A stretch of 64,000 bases of DNA from assembly GCA_035512635.1 (NCBI GenBank), contig DATKDR010000096.1:9452-73451 (forward strand). Direction: 5' to 3'. Shown here in pieces: positions 51,178 through 60,287 of the stretch. The translations under genes were made by a program, and so were the position numbers. This DNA is from Longimicrobiales bacterium (GTDB taxonomy: Bacteria > Gemmatimonadota > Gemmatimonadetes > Longimicrobiales > RSA9). The notes under the pieces were generated by a model, which saw nothing but the letters and a program-made list of their open reading frames with translations, was not told where the DNA came from and did no database searches. Positions within the stretch are counted from its first letter, which is position 1. Each line of letters opens with the position of its first letter.

Positions 51178-52635
51178 ATGACTACCACCAGCTTCCCGGT
51201 GGATCGAAAGGCGCCCGATCGGAACTACGTCGGCGGCGAGTGGCTGGAGGGCGAGTCGACGCTCGCGGTCGAGAATCCGTCGACCGGCGAGGTGATGACG
51301 GAAGTCGCGGCGGCGGGCAAGGGGGACATCGACGCGGCGGTGCGCGCCGCACGCACGGCGTTCGAGCAGGACGCGTGGCGCCGGATGGACGCCGCCGATC
51401 GCGGGACGCTGCTGTGGAAGCTCGCCGACGGCATCGAGGCGCGCTCGAACGAGCTGGCGCAGCTCGAGGCGCTCGACAACGGCAAGCCGGTCCGTGAAGC
51501 GGCCATCGACATCAGGATGACCGTCGACACCTTCCGCTACTATGCCGGCTGGGCGACCAAGCTCGAGGGCGAGACGATCCCGGTGCGGGGCAACGTCCTG
51601 AACTACACGCTGCGCGAGCCGGTCGGCGTCGTCGGCGGCATCGTGCCGTGGAACTTCCCGCTGCTCATGGCGGCCTACAAGGTCGCGCCGGCGCTCGCGT
51701 GCGGAAACGCGATGGTGCTGAAGCCGGCCGAGCAGACTCCACTCAGCGCGCTCGAGCTGGCTGCGATCGCGGACGAAGCCGGCCTGCCTCGGGGCATCCT
51801 GAACGTCGTCGTCGGGCGCGGCGCGGACGCGGGCGCGGCGCTGGTCGCGCATGCCGACGTCGACAAGATCGCGTTCACCGGCTCCACCGCCGTCGGCCGC
51901 GTCATCATGAAGTCCGCGGCCGACACGCTGAAGCGCGTATCGCTCGAGCTGGGCGGCAAGTCGCCCAACATCGTCTTCGAGGACGCGGACCTCGACGCGG
52001 CCGCGCGCGGCGCCTTCTCCGGCATCTTCTACAACACCGGCCAGTGCTGCACGGCGGGCTCGCGCCTGATCGTGCACGAGTCGGTGAAGGACCAGCTCGT
52101 CGACTACATCCGCGAGCGCGCGTCGAAGCTCGAGCCGGGCGAGCCGCTCGACCCGAAGCGCCGCTTCGGTCCCGTCGTCTCGCAGGAGCAGATGGAGCGT
52201 GTGCTCAGCTACATCGACAAGGGTCGCGCCGAGGGCGGCACGCTGGTGACCGGCGGCGAGCGCATCGGCGAGCGCGGCTACTGGATCCAGCCCACGATCT
52301 TCGACGGCGTCGATCCGGGTTGCACGATCGGCCGCGAAGAGATCTTCGGCCCCGTTCTGGCCGTCATGACGTTCGAGGACGAGGAGGAAGCGGTCCGAAT
52401 CGCCAACGAGAGCGTGTACGGTCTGGCCGGCGCCGTCTGGACGCGCGACGTGAAGCGCGCGCACCGGCTCGCGCAGCGCATCCAGGCGGGCACCATCTGG
52501 ATCAACACCTATCACCCGCTCGACCCGGCGTCCCCGTTCGGGGGCTACAAGCAGTCGGGCATCGGTCGCGAGCTGGGCCGGCACGCGCTCGATCTGTACA
52601 CGCAGATCAAGAGCGTGTGGGTGGATTTGAACTGA
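51178..52635 (+). CDS. NAD(P)-dependent aldehyde dehydrogenase
   Basis: It has the motifs VPWNFPL, FTGSTAVGR, ELGGKSP and the catalytic Cys in GQCCTAGSR. The start is placed at ATG 51178, 6 nt after GAAGGAG. The ORF-track GTG at 51172 is less likely. Confidence 0.9.
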   Translation: MTTTSFPVDRKAPDRNYVGGEWLEGESTLAVENPSTGEVMTEVAAAGKGDIDAAVRAARTAFEQDAWRRMDAADRGTLLWKLADGIEARSNELAQLEALDNGKPVREAAIDIRMTVDTFRYYAGWATKLEGETIPVRGNVLNYTLREPVGVVGGIVPWNFPLLMAAYKVAPALACGNAMVLKPAEQTPLSALELAAIADEAGLPRGILNVVVGRGADAGAALVAHADVDKIAFTGSTAVGRVIMKSAADTLKRVSLELGGKSPNIVFEDADLDAAARGAFSGIFYNTGQCCTAGSRLIVHESVKDQLVDYIRERASKLEPGEPLDPKRRFGPVVSQEQMERVLSYIDKGRAEGGTLVTGGERIGERGYWIQPTIFDGVDPGCTIGREEIFGPVLAVMTFEDEEEAVRIANESVYGLAGAVWTRDVKRAHRLAQRIQAGTIWINTYHPLDPASPFGGYKQSGIGRELGRHALDLYTQIKSVWVDLN

Positions 52636-52646
52636 GAACTGAAGTC

Positions 52647-52722
52647 CCTAGGCACTAGGCGCTAGGCTCTAGCAAACCCGGAGCCGCAGTTCCTAGAGCC
52701 TAGAGCCTAAAGCCTAGAGCCT
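52647..52722. repeat. Inverted heptad arrays (CCTAGGC ACTAGGC GCTAGGC TCTAGC / CCTAGAG x2 CCTAAAG CCTAGAG) with a 19-nt loop
   Basis: Read directly. The locus fills the spacer between the aldehyde dehydrogenase stop and the thiolase ATG at 52724. Confidence 0.95.
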
Positions 52723-52723
52723 C

Positions 52724-53923
52724 ATGAACGAGAGCTACATCATCGACGCGGTCCGGACTCCCGTGGGACGCCACGCCGGCGCGCTGTCGTCCGTGCGGCC
52801 GGATGATCTGGGCGCGGGCGCGATCCGTGCCCTCGTCGAGCGCACGGGCATCGACCCTTCGTCGATCGAGGACGTCATCCTCGGCTGTGCGAACCAGGCG
52901 GGGGAGGACAACCGGAACGTCGCGCGCATGTCGGCGCTGCTCGCGGGACTGCCCGTGTCGGTGCCGGGACAGACGGTGAACCGGCTGTGCGGCTCCGGAC
53001 TCCAGGCCGTGAACGCGGCGCACCAGGCGATCGCCGCGGGCGAGGGCTCGACACTGGTCGCGGGCGGCACGGAATCGATGAGCCGCGCGCCCTTCGTGAT
53101 GCTCAAGCCGGAAACGGGCTTCCCGCGGGGCGTGCCGGAAGTGGCGGACAGCGTGCTCGGCTGGCGCTTCGTGAACCCCCGCTTTTCGGAGCAGTGGGTG
53201 GTGTCACTCGGCGAGACTGCGGAGCTGGTCGCGGAACGGTACTCGGTGACGCGGGAGGAGCAGGACGCGTTCGCGCTCGAGAGCCAGCGGCGTGCCGCGG
53301 CGGCCATGGAAACCGGGCGGTTCGATCGCGAGCTGGTGCCCGTGGCGGTGCCGCGCCGGAAAGGCGAGGCGGTGGTGGTGGATCGCGACGAGCATCCGCG
53401 ACCGGAAACGACGGACGCGACGCTCGCCAAGCTGTCGCCCGCGTTCCGGCGGGGCGGCACGGTGACCGCCGGCAACTCGTCGGGACTGAACGATGGCGCC
53501 GCAGCGCTGCTCGTGATGGCGGGCGGGGCGGCGCGCGCGGCCGGCCTCGAGCCGATCGCGCGCATCGTGACCAGCGCGGTGGCGGGCGTCGAGCCGCACC
53601 TGATGGGGATGGGCCCGGTGCCGGCGTCGCGCGTGGCGCTCGAGCGCGCGGGACTGACGGTCGGCGAGCTGAAGCTCGCCGAGATCAACGAGGCCTTCGC
53701 CGCGCAGGCGGTTCCCTGCGTGCGGGAGCTGGGCCTCGATCCTGAAATCGTGAACGTCAACGGCGGCGCGATCGCGCTCGGCCACCCCCTGGGGTGCTCG
53801 GGCGCGCGCATCCTGACCACGCTGGTGCACGAGCTGAAACGGCGCGGGGGCGGCTATGGCCTCGCGACGATGTGCATCGGCGTCGGCCAGGGAATCGCCA
53901 CCATCGTGGAGGTGCAGGCATGA
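52724..53923 (+). CDS. Acetyl-CoA C-acyltransferase (thiolase)
   Basis: It has the active-site motifs [23 protein letters not shown] and CIGVGQG. Confidence 0.9.
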   Translation: MNESYIIDAVRTPVGRHAGALSSVRPDDLGAGAIRALVERTGIDPSSIEDVILGCANQAGEDNRNVARMSALLAGLPVSVPGQTVNRLCGSGLQAVNAAHQAIAAGEGSTLVAGGTESMSRAPFVMLKPETGFPRGVPEVADSVLGWRFVNPRFSEQWVVSLGETAELVAERYSVTREEQDAFALESQRRAAAAMETGRFDRELVPVAVPRRKGEAVVVDRDEHPRPETTDATLAKLSPAFRRGGTVTAGNSSGLNDGAAALLVMAGGAARAAGLEPIARIVTSAVAGVEPHLMGMGPVPASRVALERAGLTVGELKLAEINEAFAAQAVPCVRELGLDPEIVNVNGGAIALGHPLGCSGARILTTLVHELKRRGGGYGLATMCIGVGQGIATIVEVQA

Positions 53924-54753
53924 GCGAGGACGCCATCCTGATCGAGCGCGACGGCGCGCTGGGCTGGATCCGCATCAATCGACCCGATCGTCTGAACGCG
54001 TTCTCCGGCGACATGCGTCAGCGCATCGAAGCGGGGCTGCGCGAGCTGGACGAAGACGACGACGTGCGCGTGGTGATGGTCACCGGGGTCGGTCGTGCCT
54101 TTTCGACCGGCGGCGACATCCAGGTGATGAGAGACCTCGCCGAGGAGCGGGACACGGAAGCGTTCCACGAGCTGGTCGTGGCCGGCGAGCGCGTCGTGAC
54201 GCTCATCGACGAGATGGAGAAGCCCGTGATCGCGGTGGTGAACGGCCCCGCTGCGGGCGCCGGCGCCTGCCTTGCCCTCGCGTGCGACCTGCGCATCGCG
54301 AGCGAAGCCGCGTCCATCGGCTTCACCTTCGTGCGCGTCGGGATGCATCCCGACTGGGGCGGCACCTACTTCCTGCCGCGGCTCATCGGTCCCGCGCTCG
54401 CCGCCGAGATGATCTATACGGGCGGCATGATCGGCGCCGAGCGCGCGGAGCGGCTCGGTCTCTTCAACCGTGTTGTGCCCGCAGCGCAGCTGGAAGGCGC
54501 CGCGCGCGCCTTCGCGGGCGAGATCGCGCACGCACCACGCCTCGTCATCACCCATGCGAAGCACGCGCTCCGCGGAGCGCTGCACGGCACGCTGCGCGAG
54601 CAGCTCCTGCTCGAGCGGGCGGCGCAGCTCGCCGCGTTCGACTCGGACGACTTCCAGGAAGGCGTACACGCGTTCATCGACAAGCGCGCGCCGCGCTTCG
54701 GCAGGAACGCGAACGGGCAGGCCGTGCCCGCCCGCGTGAAGGAACGTGTATGA
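53920..54753 (+). CDS. Enoyl-CoA hydratase/isomerase family protein
   Basis: The start is re-called to ATG 53920, overlapping the thiolase stop as ATGA. It has the crotonase motif [21 protein letters not shown]. Confidence 0.85.
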   Translation: MSEDAILIERDGALGWIRINRPDRLNAFSGDMRQRIEAGLRELDEDDDVRVVMVTGVGRAFSTGGDIQVMRDLAEERDTEAFHELVVAGERVVTLIDEMEKPVIAVVNGPAAGAGACLALACDLRIASEAASIGFTFVRVGMHPDWGGTYFLPRLIGPALAAEMIYTGGMIGAERAERLGLFNRVVPAAQLEGAARAFAGEIAHAPRLVITHAKHALRGALHGTLREQLLLERAAQLAAFDSDDFQEGVHAFIDKRAPRFGRNANGQAVPARVKERV

Positions 54754-55292
54754 GGGCGCTGCTCCTCGCGCTGCTCCTCGTCGCCTGCGCGACGCCGCTT
54801 TCGGCGCAGGAGGTGCGCTCGAGTCCGGAGCTGCTCGCCGTCGAGGTCGCTCGCCAGGCCGGCCAGCAGAACTGGGAGGCGGTCGCGAATCTCACCGATC
54901 CCGTCGAGCTGGAACGGCTCAGGGCCACCTTCGGCCGTCTCCTGCAGCTCGATCCGGACCCGGCCAGCCTCCAGCTGTTCGGCGTCGCCGACGTGGCCGG
55001 ATTCCTCGCGCTGGACCCCCGCTCCATCCTGACCACGTTCCTGCGCATCGGTAGCGCGGACGCGTTCGGCGTCGAATTCGTCGCCAGCACGCTGCTCGGG
55101 GTCGTGCGGGAGGAGCCTGACATGGCACATGCCGTCCTCCGGCAGGACCTGCGCTTCGAGGGTCGCGCGCTCTCGACCGCGGAGCTGATCAGCATGAGAC
55201 GCGGGCGGGACGGCTGGTGGGCTCGGACCGGACCGGAAATGCAGGGCATGCTGCTCGGCATGGAGAGCCAGTTCCCCGCGATCACCGAATGA
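54750..55292 (+). CDS. Exported hypothetical protein embedded in the beta-oxidation-like operon
   Basis: ATG 54750 overlaps the upstream stop as ATGA, and its own stop overlaps the next ATG as ATGA. It has a signal peptide ([21 protein letters not shown]). No family was recognised. Confidence 0.5.
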   Translation: MRALLLALLLVACATPLSAQEVRSSPELLAVEVARQAGQQNWEAVANLTDPVELERLRATFGRLLQLDPDPASLQLFGVADVAGFLALDPRSILTTFLRIGSADAFGVEFVASTLLGVVREEPDMAHAVLRQDLRFEGRALSTAELISMRRGRDGWWARTGPEMQGMLLGMESQFPAITE

Positions 55293-56176
55293 CGAAGCCG
55301 GATCGCCTGGCACCCGGCGCCAGAGTGGTCGTCATCGGTGCCGGCACGATGGGCCACGGGATCGCGCAGGTGGTGGCGGCCTCCGGCTTCGCCGTCACCC
55401 TGGTCGATACCTCGCGGGAGCTGGTCGACCGCGGGCTCGAGCGCATCCGCTCCAACCTCCAGGGCGGCATCGATCGCGGGAAGCTCACCCTCGACGTACG
55501 CGATGCGACGCTCGGCCGGCTCACCGGCTCCGACAATCTGGAGGCGGCCGTGCGCGACGCGGCGCTCGTCATCGAAGCCGTACCGGAGCGATTCGACCTC
55601 AAGGCCGCGCTCTTCGACCGCGTCGAAGCGGCCGCTCCGGCCGGCGCCATCATCGCCACCAACACGTCCAGTCTGAGCGTCACGGACCTGCAGCAGCGGC
55701 TGGCGAAGCCCGGCCGCATGCTGGGTCTGCACTTCTTCAATCCCGTGCACATCATGCAGCTCATCGAGGTGGTGCGCGGGCGGGCGACGGACGACGAGGT
55801 GGTCGACGCGGGCGTCGCGTTCTGCGGCGCGCTGGCTCGCGAGCCGATCGTGGTGAACGATGCGCCCGGGTTCGCGTCATCGCGGCTCGGCATCGCGCTC
55901 GGCCTCGAAGCCATGCGCATGGTCGAGGAGGGCGTCGCGAGCCCCGCCGACATCGACAAGGCGATGGAGCTGGGCTACCGCCACCCGATGGGTCCGCTCC
56001 GTCTGACCGACCTGGTCGGCCTCGACGTGCGGCTCGACATCGCGCGCTACCTGCACGAGAAGCTCGGCGGCGAGCGCTTCCGGCCGCCCGCCATCCTCGA
56101 ACGGCTGGTGGCCCAGGGGAAGCTCGGGAAGAAGACGGGGCACGGGTTCTACGACTGGGACGGAGAGAGCGCTTGA
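55289..56176 (+). CDS. 3-hydroxyacyl-CoA (3-hydroxybutyryl-CoA) dehydrogenase
   Basis: It has the motifs VVVIGAGTMGHGIAQV, ATNTSSLSV, HFFNPV and GFASSR. Confidence 0.9.
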   Translation: MTKPDRLAPGARVVVIGAGTMGHGIAQVVAASGFAVTLVDTSRELVDRGLERIRSNLQGGIDRGKLTLDVRDATLGRLTGSDNLEAAVRDAALVIEAVPERFDLKAALFDRVEAAAPAGAIIATNTSSLSVTDLQQRLAKPGRMLGLHFFNPVHIMQLIEVVRGRATDDEVVDAGVAFCGALAREPIVVNDAPGFASSRLGIALGLEAMRMVEEGVASPADIDKAMELGYRHPMGPLRLTDLVGLDVRLDIARYLHEKLGGERFRPPAILERLVAQGKLGKKTGHGFYDWDGESA

Positions 56177-56958
56177 GATACGGGTTCGAGACACTGCTCG
56201 TCGGCATCGACGCACGCGTCGCCACGGTCACCATCAACCGGCCGGACAAGCGCAACGCGCTGAGCGCCACCGTGCGCGCCGACCTGATCGCCGCCGTCAC
56301 GCGTCTCATCGACGACGACGACGTGCGCGTCATCGTCCTCACGGGCGCGGGCGACAAGGCGTTCGTCGCCGGCGCCGACATCGGGGAGTTCGCGGGCCGC
56401 ACGCCCCTCGACCAGCGGGCGGCGATGGAGCCGCCGCGCGTCTTCGACGTGATAGCGGACTGCCCCAAGCCCACCATCGCGAGCATCAACGGCTTCGCGC
56501 TCGGTGGCGGCTGCGAGCTCGCGATGGCGTGCGACACGCGCATCGCCGCGCGCTCCGCCCGTCTGGGTCAGCCGGAAGTCCGGCTCGGCATCCTGCCCGG
56601 CGGCGGCGGCACCCAGCGTCTGCCGCGCCTCGTCGGCGTCGGCCGCGCGCTCCGCCTCATGCTCACCGGCGAGATGATCGACGCCGAAGCCGCATTCGCC
56701 GCCGGCCTGGTCGACGAGGTGGTGGACGACGACCTGCTGCGTACCCGCACGCGCGAGCTCGCGCTCGCGATCGCCGCTCACTCGCCGGTCGCACTGCGTC
56801 TGATCAAGGAGGCGGTGCGCAGCGCGATGGATGCGCCGCTGTCCGCAGGGCTCCGCCACGAAAGGGAGCTCTTCGTGACGGCATTCTCGAGCGAGGACCG
56901 CACCGAAGGCGTGGCCGCGTTCCTCGAAAAGCGCTCACCCGAATTCAAGGGTAGGTGA
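56173..56958 (+). CDS. Enoyl-CoA hydratase
   Basis: It has the motifs INGFALGGGCELAMACDTRIA and PEVRLGILPGGGGTQRL. The TTG start overlaps the upstream TGA. Confidence 0.85.
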   Translation: MRYGFETLLVGIDARVATVTINRPDKRNALSATVRADLIAAVTRLIDDDDVRVIVLTGAGDKAFVAGADIGEFAGRTPLDQRAAMEPPRVFDVIADCPKPTIASINGFALGGGCELAMACDTRIAARSARLGQPEVRLGILPGGGGTQRLPRLVGVGRALRLMLTGEMIDAEAAFAAGLVDEVVDDDLLRTRTRELALAIAAHSPVALRLIKEAVRSAMDAPLSAGLRHERELFVTAFSSEDRTEGVAAFLEKRSPEFKGR

Positions 56959-57194
56959 GCATGACCACGAATCCGTTCGGCGACGACCCAGTCCGGCCGT
57001 CCAGACCCAATCCGTTCGGCGAGGACGAAGGTCTGGACCCGATGCGTCGACTCGAGGGCGCCCCTGCCCGCCTGCGCGGCTTGCGCGCGCGCGTCGGGGC
57101 GGAGGGGATGACCGGGATCGACATGCGCCAGCTCCTCGATGAGCTGGCCGCCGACATCGACGCCGTCACCCGGCTGCTGGCGGAGCGGGCATAA
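56955..57194 (+). CDS. Small hypothetical protein (79 aa) ending the operon
   Basis: The start is GTG 56955 (GTGA overlap) or ATG 56961. It has a repeated NPFGDD/NPFGED motif and then a helical tail. No family was recognised. Confidence 0.35.
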   Translation: MSMTTNPFGDDPVRPSRPNPFGEDEGLDPMRRLEGAPARLRGLRARVGAEGMTGIDMRQLLDELAADIDAVTRLLAERA

Positions 57195-57224
57195 GGGCGG
57201 CGATCAGGTTTCAGCGGCCAGCGA

Positions 57225-57668
57225 TCAATTCCGACGGCGCGGGACGGCGGGGACTTCCTGATCCTCGATCGGCACTTCGCCGCGCACGCCCGGATGCATC
57301 GGATCCCGGACGCGATAGGCGAGTCGAGCGAGCAGGACGCGCTGGGCGCGGATGTCGTGTCCCAGGTCGATCATGAGGCGCACCAGATCGCCCGCCCCCC
57401 AGAGCACCACGATGAAGACGACGGTGCGCGCCATCTCGCCGAGCAGCAGCGGTATCGCCTGGGTGCCGGCGACCTTGAGGCCGGCGATCGACTCGCCGAT
57501 CAGCGCGACGACCAGAAAGATGGCCGCCGCCTTGAACAGCGTGCTGACCCAGCGAAGCGCCGTATAGGGCTCGATGTCCTCCTCACGTATCGCCGCCGCA
57601 CGTGCCGAACGCGGTTTGCCTTCCTCGTCCAGCCCGTTCTCGACTACTTCGTCGTGTTCTTCCGCCAT
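57225..57668 (-). CDS. Hypothetical membrane protein
   Basis: 147 aa. It has an acidic N-terminus followed by three hydrophobic segments (AAAIFLVVALIG, AIPLLLGEMA, VVFIVVLWGAG). No family was recognised. Confidence 0.45.
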   Translation of the reverse strand: MAEEHDEVVENGLDEEGKPRSARAAAIREEDIEPYTALRWVSTLFKAAAIFLVVALIGESIAGLKVAGTQAIPLLLGEMARTVVFIVVLWGAGDLVRLMIDLGHDIRAQRVLLARLAYRVRDPMHPGVRGEVPIEDQEVPAVPRRRN

Positions 57669-57728
57669 GCCTCGTCCCCCCGGTGTTCGCCACCTGCCAC
57701 CGGGCGGCGCGATTGCAGGAAAGGGACC

Positions 57729-57767
57729 AAGACAGAAAGCCCCGCCCCCGGACGAGGGGGCGGGGCT
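57729..57767 (-). terminator. Rho-independent terminator after rplU-rpmA
   Basis: A 12-bp GC stem (agccccgccccc / gggggcggggct) has the loop ggacga and is followed on the minus strand by UUCUGUCUU. Confidence 0.6.
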
Positions 57768-57820
57768 TCGTGTATCACCCGCCCGGGTCGGCGCGATGCG
57801 CCAGCCGTGGGCCGACCGCG

Positions 57821-58078
57821 CTACGAGGCCGGGTAGACCGAGATCAGCTTCCGGTCGCGACCCTTGCGCTCGAACTTGACGACGCCCGCCACGAGGGCGA
57901 ACAGCGTGTCGTCGCGGCCGATGCCGACGTTGCGACCCGGATGGAACTTCGTGCCGCGCTGCCGCACGAGGATGTTCCCCGCCGCCACGTTCTCGCCGCC
58001 GTAACGCTTCACGCCCAGATACTGTGGGTTCGAGTCACGACCGTTGCGGGTCGAGCCGACGCCTTTCTTGTGTGCCAT
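57821..58078 (-). CDS. rpmA: 50S ribosomal protein L27
   Basis: [28 protein letters not shown]..., the canonical bL27 N-terminus. Confidence 0.95.
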   Translation of the reverse strand: MAHKKGVGSTRNGRDSNPQYLGVKRYGGENVAAGNILVRQRGTKFHPGRNVGIGRDDTLFALVAGVVKFERKGRDRKLISVYPAS

Positions 58079-58079
58079 G

Positions 58080-58403
58080 CTAGCCTGCCTTGCCGACCTT
58101 GATGTCCGCGATGCGGACGGCGGTGTAGCCCTGCCGGTGTCCCTGCTTCTTCCGGTAGTTCTTCCGCCGCTTCCACTTGAAGATGACGATCTTGGGGCCC
58201 TTGCCGTGCTCGAGCACCTCGGCCGTCACGCTCGCCTTCGCCACCGTCGGAGCGCCCACTTGTACGCCGTCGTCCGTCGAAGCCAGGAGCACCTCGTCGA
58301 ACGTCACCGTCGAGCCGACCTCCGCATCCAGTGAAGGAATGAGGATCGTCGAGCCCGGCTCGGCCCGGAACTGCTTGTCGCCCGTGCGGATGATTGCGTA
58401 CAT
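58080..58403 (-). CDS. rplU: 50S ribosomal protein L21
   Basis: [17 protein letters not shown]..., then [16 protein letters not shown]. It lies directly upstream of rpmA. Confidence 0.95.
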   Translation of the reverse strand: MYAIIRTGDKQFRAEPGSTILIPSLDAEVGSTVTFDEVLLASTDDGVQVGAPTVAKASVTAEVLEHGKGPKIVIFKWKRRKNYRKKQGHRQGYTAVRIADIKVGKAG

Positions 58404-58441
58404 GCTGGGTGCGCTGGAAAAGTTCGCTGTAAAGACCGGGA

Positions 58442-58470
58442 AGTATCGCTCGATAGGCGGGTTACGTCAA
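58442..58470 (-). promoter_or_regulatory. Candidate sigma70-type promoter for rplU-rpmA
   Basis: The minus strand reads TTGACG (58470-58465), a 17-nt spacer, then GATACT (58447-58442), about 40 nt upstream of the rplU ATG. This is a pattern match only. Confidence 0.4.
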
Positions 58471-58477
58471 GAGGTTG

Positions 58478-58741
58478 GCGGGGCTGCCGCTTCTGCTGCG
58501 TCAGGCCAGTTGTCAGACAGCCGCCCGGGCGGGTCGGCGGGCTGCATTCGGTCATCAGTCAGCCGACTGGGTGGGTCGGCGGGGCTGCATTCGGACACAC
58601 GCGGTCCCGCGTGAGAACGGCGCGCCGCCAGCCTCTGGTTTTACCGAATGCGTCGCGGCAGCCCCGCAAAAACGGCTGTTTGATGACCGAATGCTTCGCG
58701 GCAGCCCCGCGGAAGCGGCTGTCCGACGACTTTCAGAGGGC
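58478..58741. repeat. Cluster of ~45-nt repeats: two or three forward and two inverted copies
   Basis: The forward copies are gtcagacagccgc..gggtcggcgggctgcattcggtcatc (58512-58556) and gtcagccgac..gggtcggcggggctgcattcggacac (58558-58597). The inverted copies are accgaatgcgtcgcggcagccccgcaaaaacggctgtttgatgac (58643-58688) and accgaatgcttcgcggcagccccgcggaagcggctgtccgacgac (58687-58730). gcggggctgccgc at 58478-58490 is the exact reverse complement of gcggcagccccgc in both inverted copies. Confidence 0.85.
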
Positions 58742-58766
58742 GCCGACCTTCAGAGGAAGCCGGTCC

Positions 58767-60287
58767 CTACCCTAGAGCATACCTCGAAGTCACGTCCGTA
58801 TCCGCCGGCGCCTCCAGCAATCGGAACTCGTCCTGCCGCATGAGCGGGTCGTCGCGGATGTCGAGCTCGACCTTGTGGCTCTGCTCGAGGCGGCGCAGGA
58901 AATTGGGCTCGCTCTCGAGCACGTAGAGCGCGACCTCGGGATGGACGCGGATGGTGAGCGGCTTCTTGCCGTTCTCGATCCCCGCGCGGCGGATGGCGCG
59001 CTCGATCCGTCGGATGACGGTCTCGGGCGTGTAGACGCGTCCGGAGCCGCCGCAGTGGACGCATGGCTCGGTCAGGGTCTGGTAGAGCGACGGGCGCACG
59101 CGCTGCCGCGTCATCTCGATGAGGCCCAGATCGGAGACGTCGAAGGCGCGCGTGCGCGCCCGGTCGCGATTCAGGTGCGTGCGCAGCTCCTGGAGCACGC
59201 GCTCCTGGTTCGCCTTCGACTCCATGTCGATGAAGTCGACGACGATGATGCCGCCGATGTCGCGCAGTCGGAGCTGGCGCGCGACTTCGCGCGCGGCGTC
59301 CATGTTCGTGCGGAGAATGGTCTTCTCCGGATCCTTCTTCCCCGTGTAGCGTCCCGTGTTCACGTCGATGGAGACGAGCGCTTCCGTCGGCTCGACGATG
59401 ATGTAGCCGCCGGACGGCAGGTTGACGCGACGATTGAAGGCCTCGCGCATCGCCTCCTCGACGCCGTACTTGTCGAAGAGCGGGACATTGTCGTCGTAGA
59501 GCTGCACGCGGTCCATCAGCTCGGGTGCGACGCGATCGAGGTAGTGCTTTACCTCCCGGTGCACCTGCGGGCTGTCGATCACGAGCGAATCGACCTTTTC
59601 GGAAAACACGTCCCGGATGATGCCGCTGGTCAGCTTCGCTTCGCGATGCACGAGTTGCGGCGGCCGCGCGCCCTTCGACTTCTTCTGGATCTCCTTCCAG
59701 GTCTTGAGCAGCGTCTTGAGCTCGCGCTGGAAGGTCTCGCGCGTCAGCTCCTCGCCGACCGTGCGGATGATCAGGCCGCCGGCGTCCTCAGGCAGGATCT
59801 CCTTGGCGAGCTTGCGCAGGCGCGACCGCTCCTCGCGATCCTCGATCTTGCGGCTCACGCCGACGTGCGCCGAATGCGGCATGTAGACGAGGAAACGGCC
59901 GGGCAGCGAGATCTGCGTCGTGACGCGGGGACCCTTCGTGCTCATCGGCTCCTTCGTCACCTGGACCAGGACCTTCTCGCCCTTCGCGACCATGTCCTGG
60001 ATGGGCGGCGCCTTCTTCCCCTCCCGCTCGCCGTTGCCCTCCTCGTCTTCGTCCTCCTCGTCGCTGATGACGTCCGAGGCGTGGAGGAAGGCGGCCTTCT
60101 CGGTGCCGATGTCGATGAACGCGGCCTGGATGCCGGGCAGCACGGCCTCGACGCGACCGAGGTAGATGTCGCCGAGGAGACGCCCCGTTTCGGGACTGTC
60201 GATCATGAATTCGACGAGGACGTCGTCCTCGACGATGGCGACGCGGGTTTCCCGGGTCGTCGCGGAGATCAGGATCTCGCGTTTCAT
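58767..60287 (-). CDS. rng: Ribonuclease E/G family endoribonuclease (RNase G-sized)
   Basis: 506 aa. It has an S1 domain (GDIYLGRVEAVLPGIQAAFIDIG), and the motifs GGLIIRT, GGYIIVEPTEALVSIDVNTG and GGIIVVDFIDM. Confidence 0.9.
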   Translation of the reverse strand: MKREILISATTRETRVAIVEDDVLVEFMIDSPETGRLLGDIYLGRVEAVLPGIQAAFIDIGTEKAAFLHASDVISDEEDEDEEGNGEREGKKAPPIQDMVAKGEKVLVQVTKEPMSTKGPRVTTQISLPGRFLVYMPHSAHVGVSRKIEDREERSRLRKLAKEILPEDAGGLIIRTVGEELTRETFQRELKTLLKTWKEIQKKSKGARPPQLVHREAKLTSGIIRDVFSEKVDSLVIDSPQVHREVKHYLDRVAPELMDRVQLYDDNVPLFDKYGVEEAMREAFNRRVNLPSGGYIIVEPTEALVSIDVNTGRYTGKKDPEKTILRTNMDAAREVARQLRLRDIGGIIVVDFIDMESKANQERVLQELRTHLNRDRARTRAFDVSDLGLIEMTRQRVRPSLYQTLTEPCVHCGGSGRVYTPETVIRRIERAIRRAGIENGKKPLTIRVHPEVALYVLESEPNFLRRLEQSHKVELDIRDDPLMRQDEFRLLEAPADTDVTSRYALG

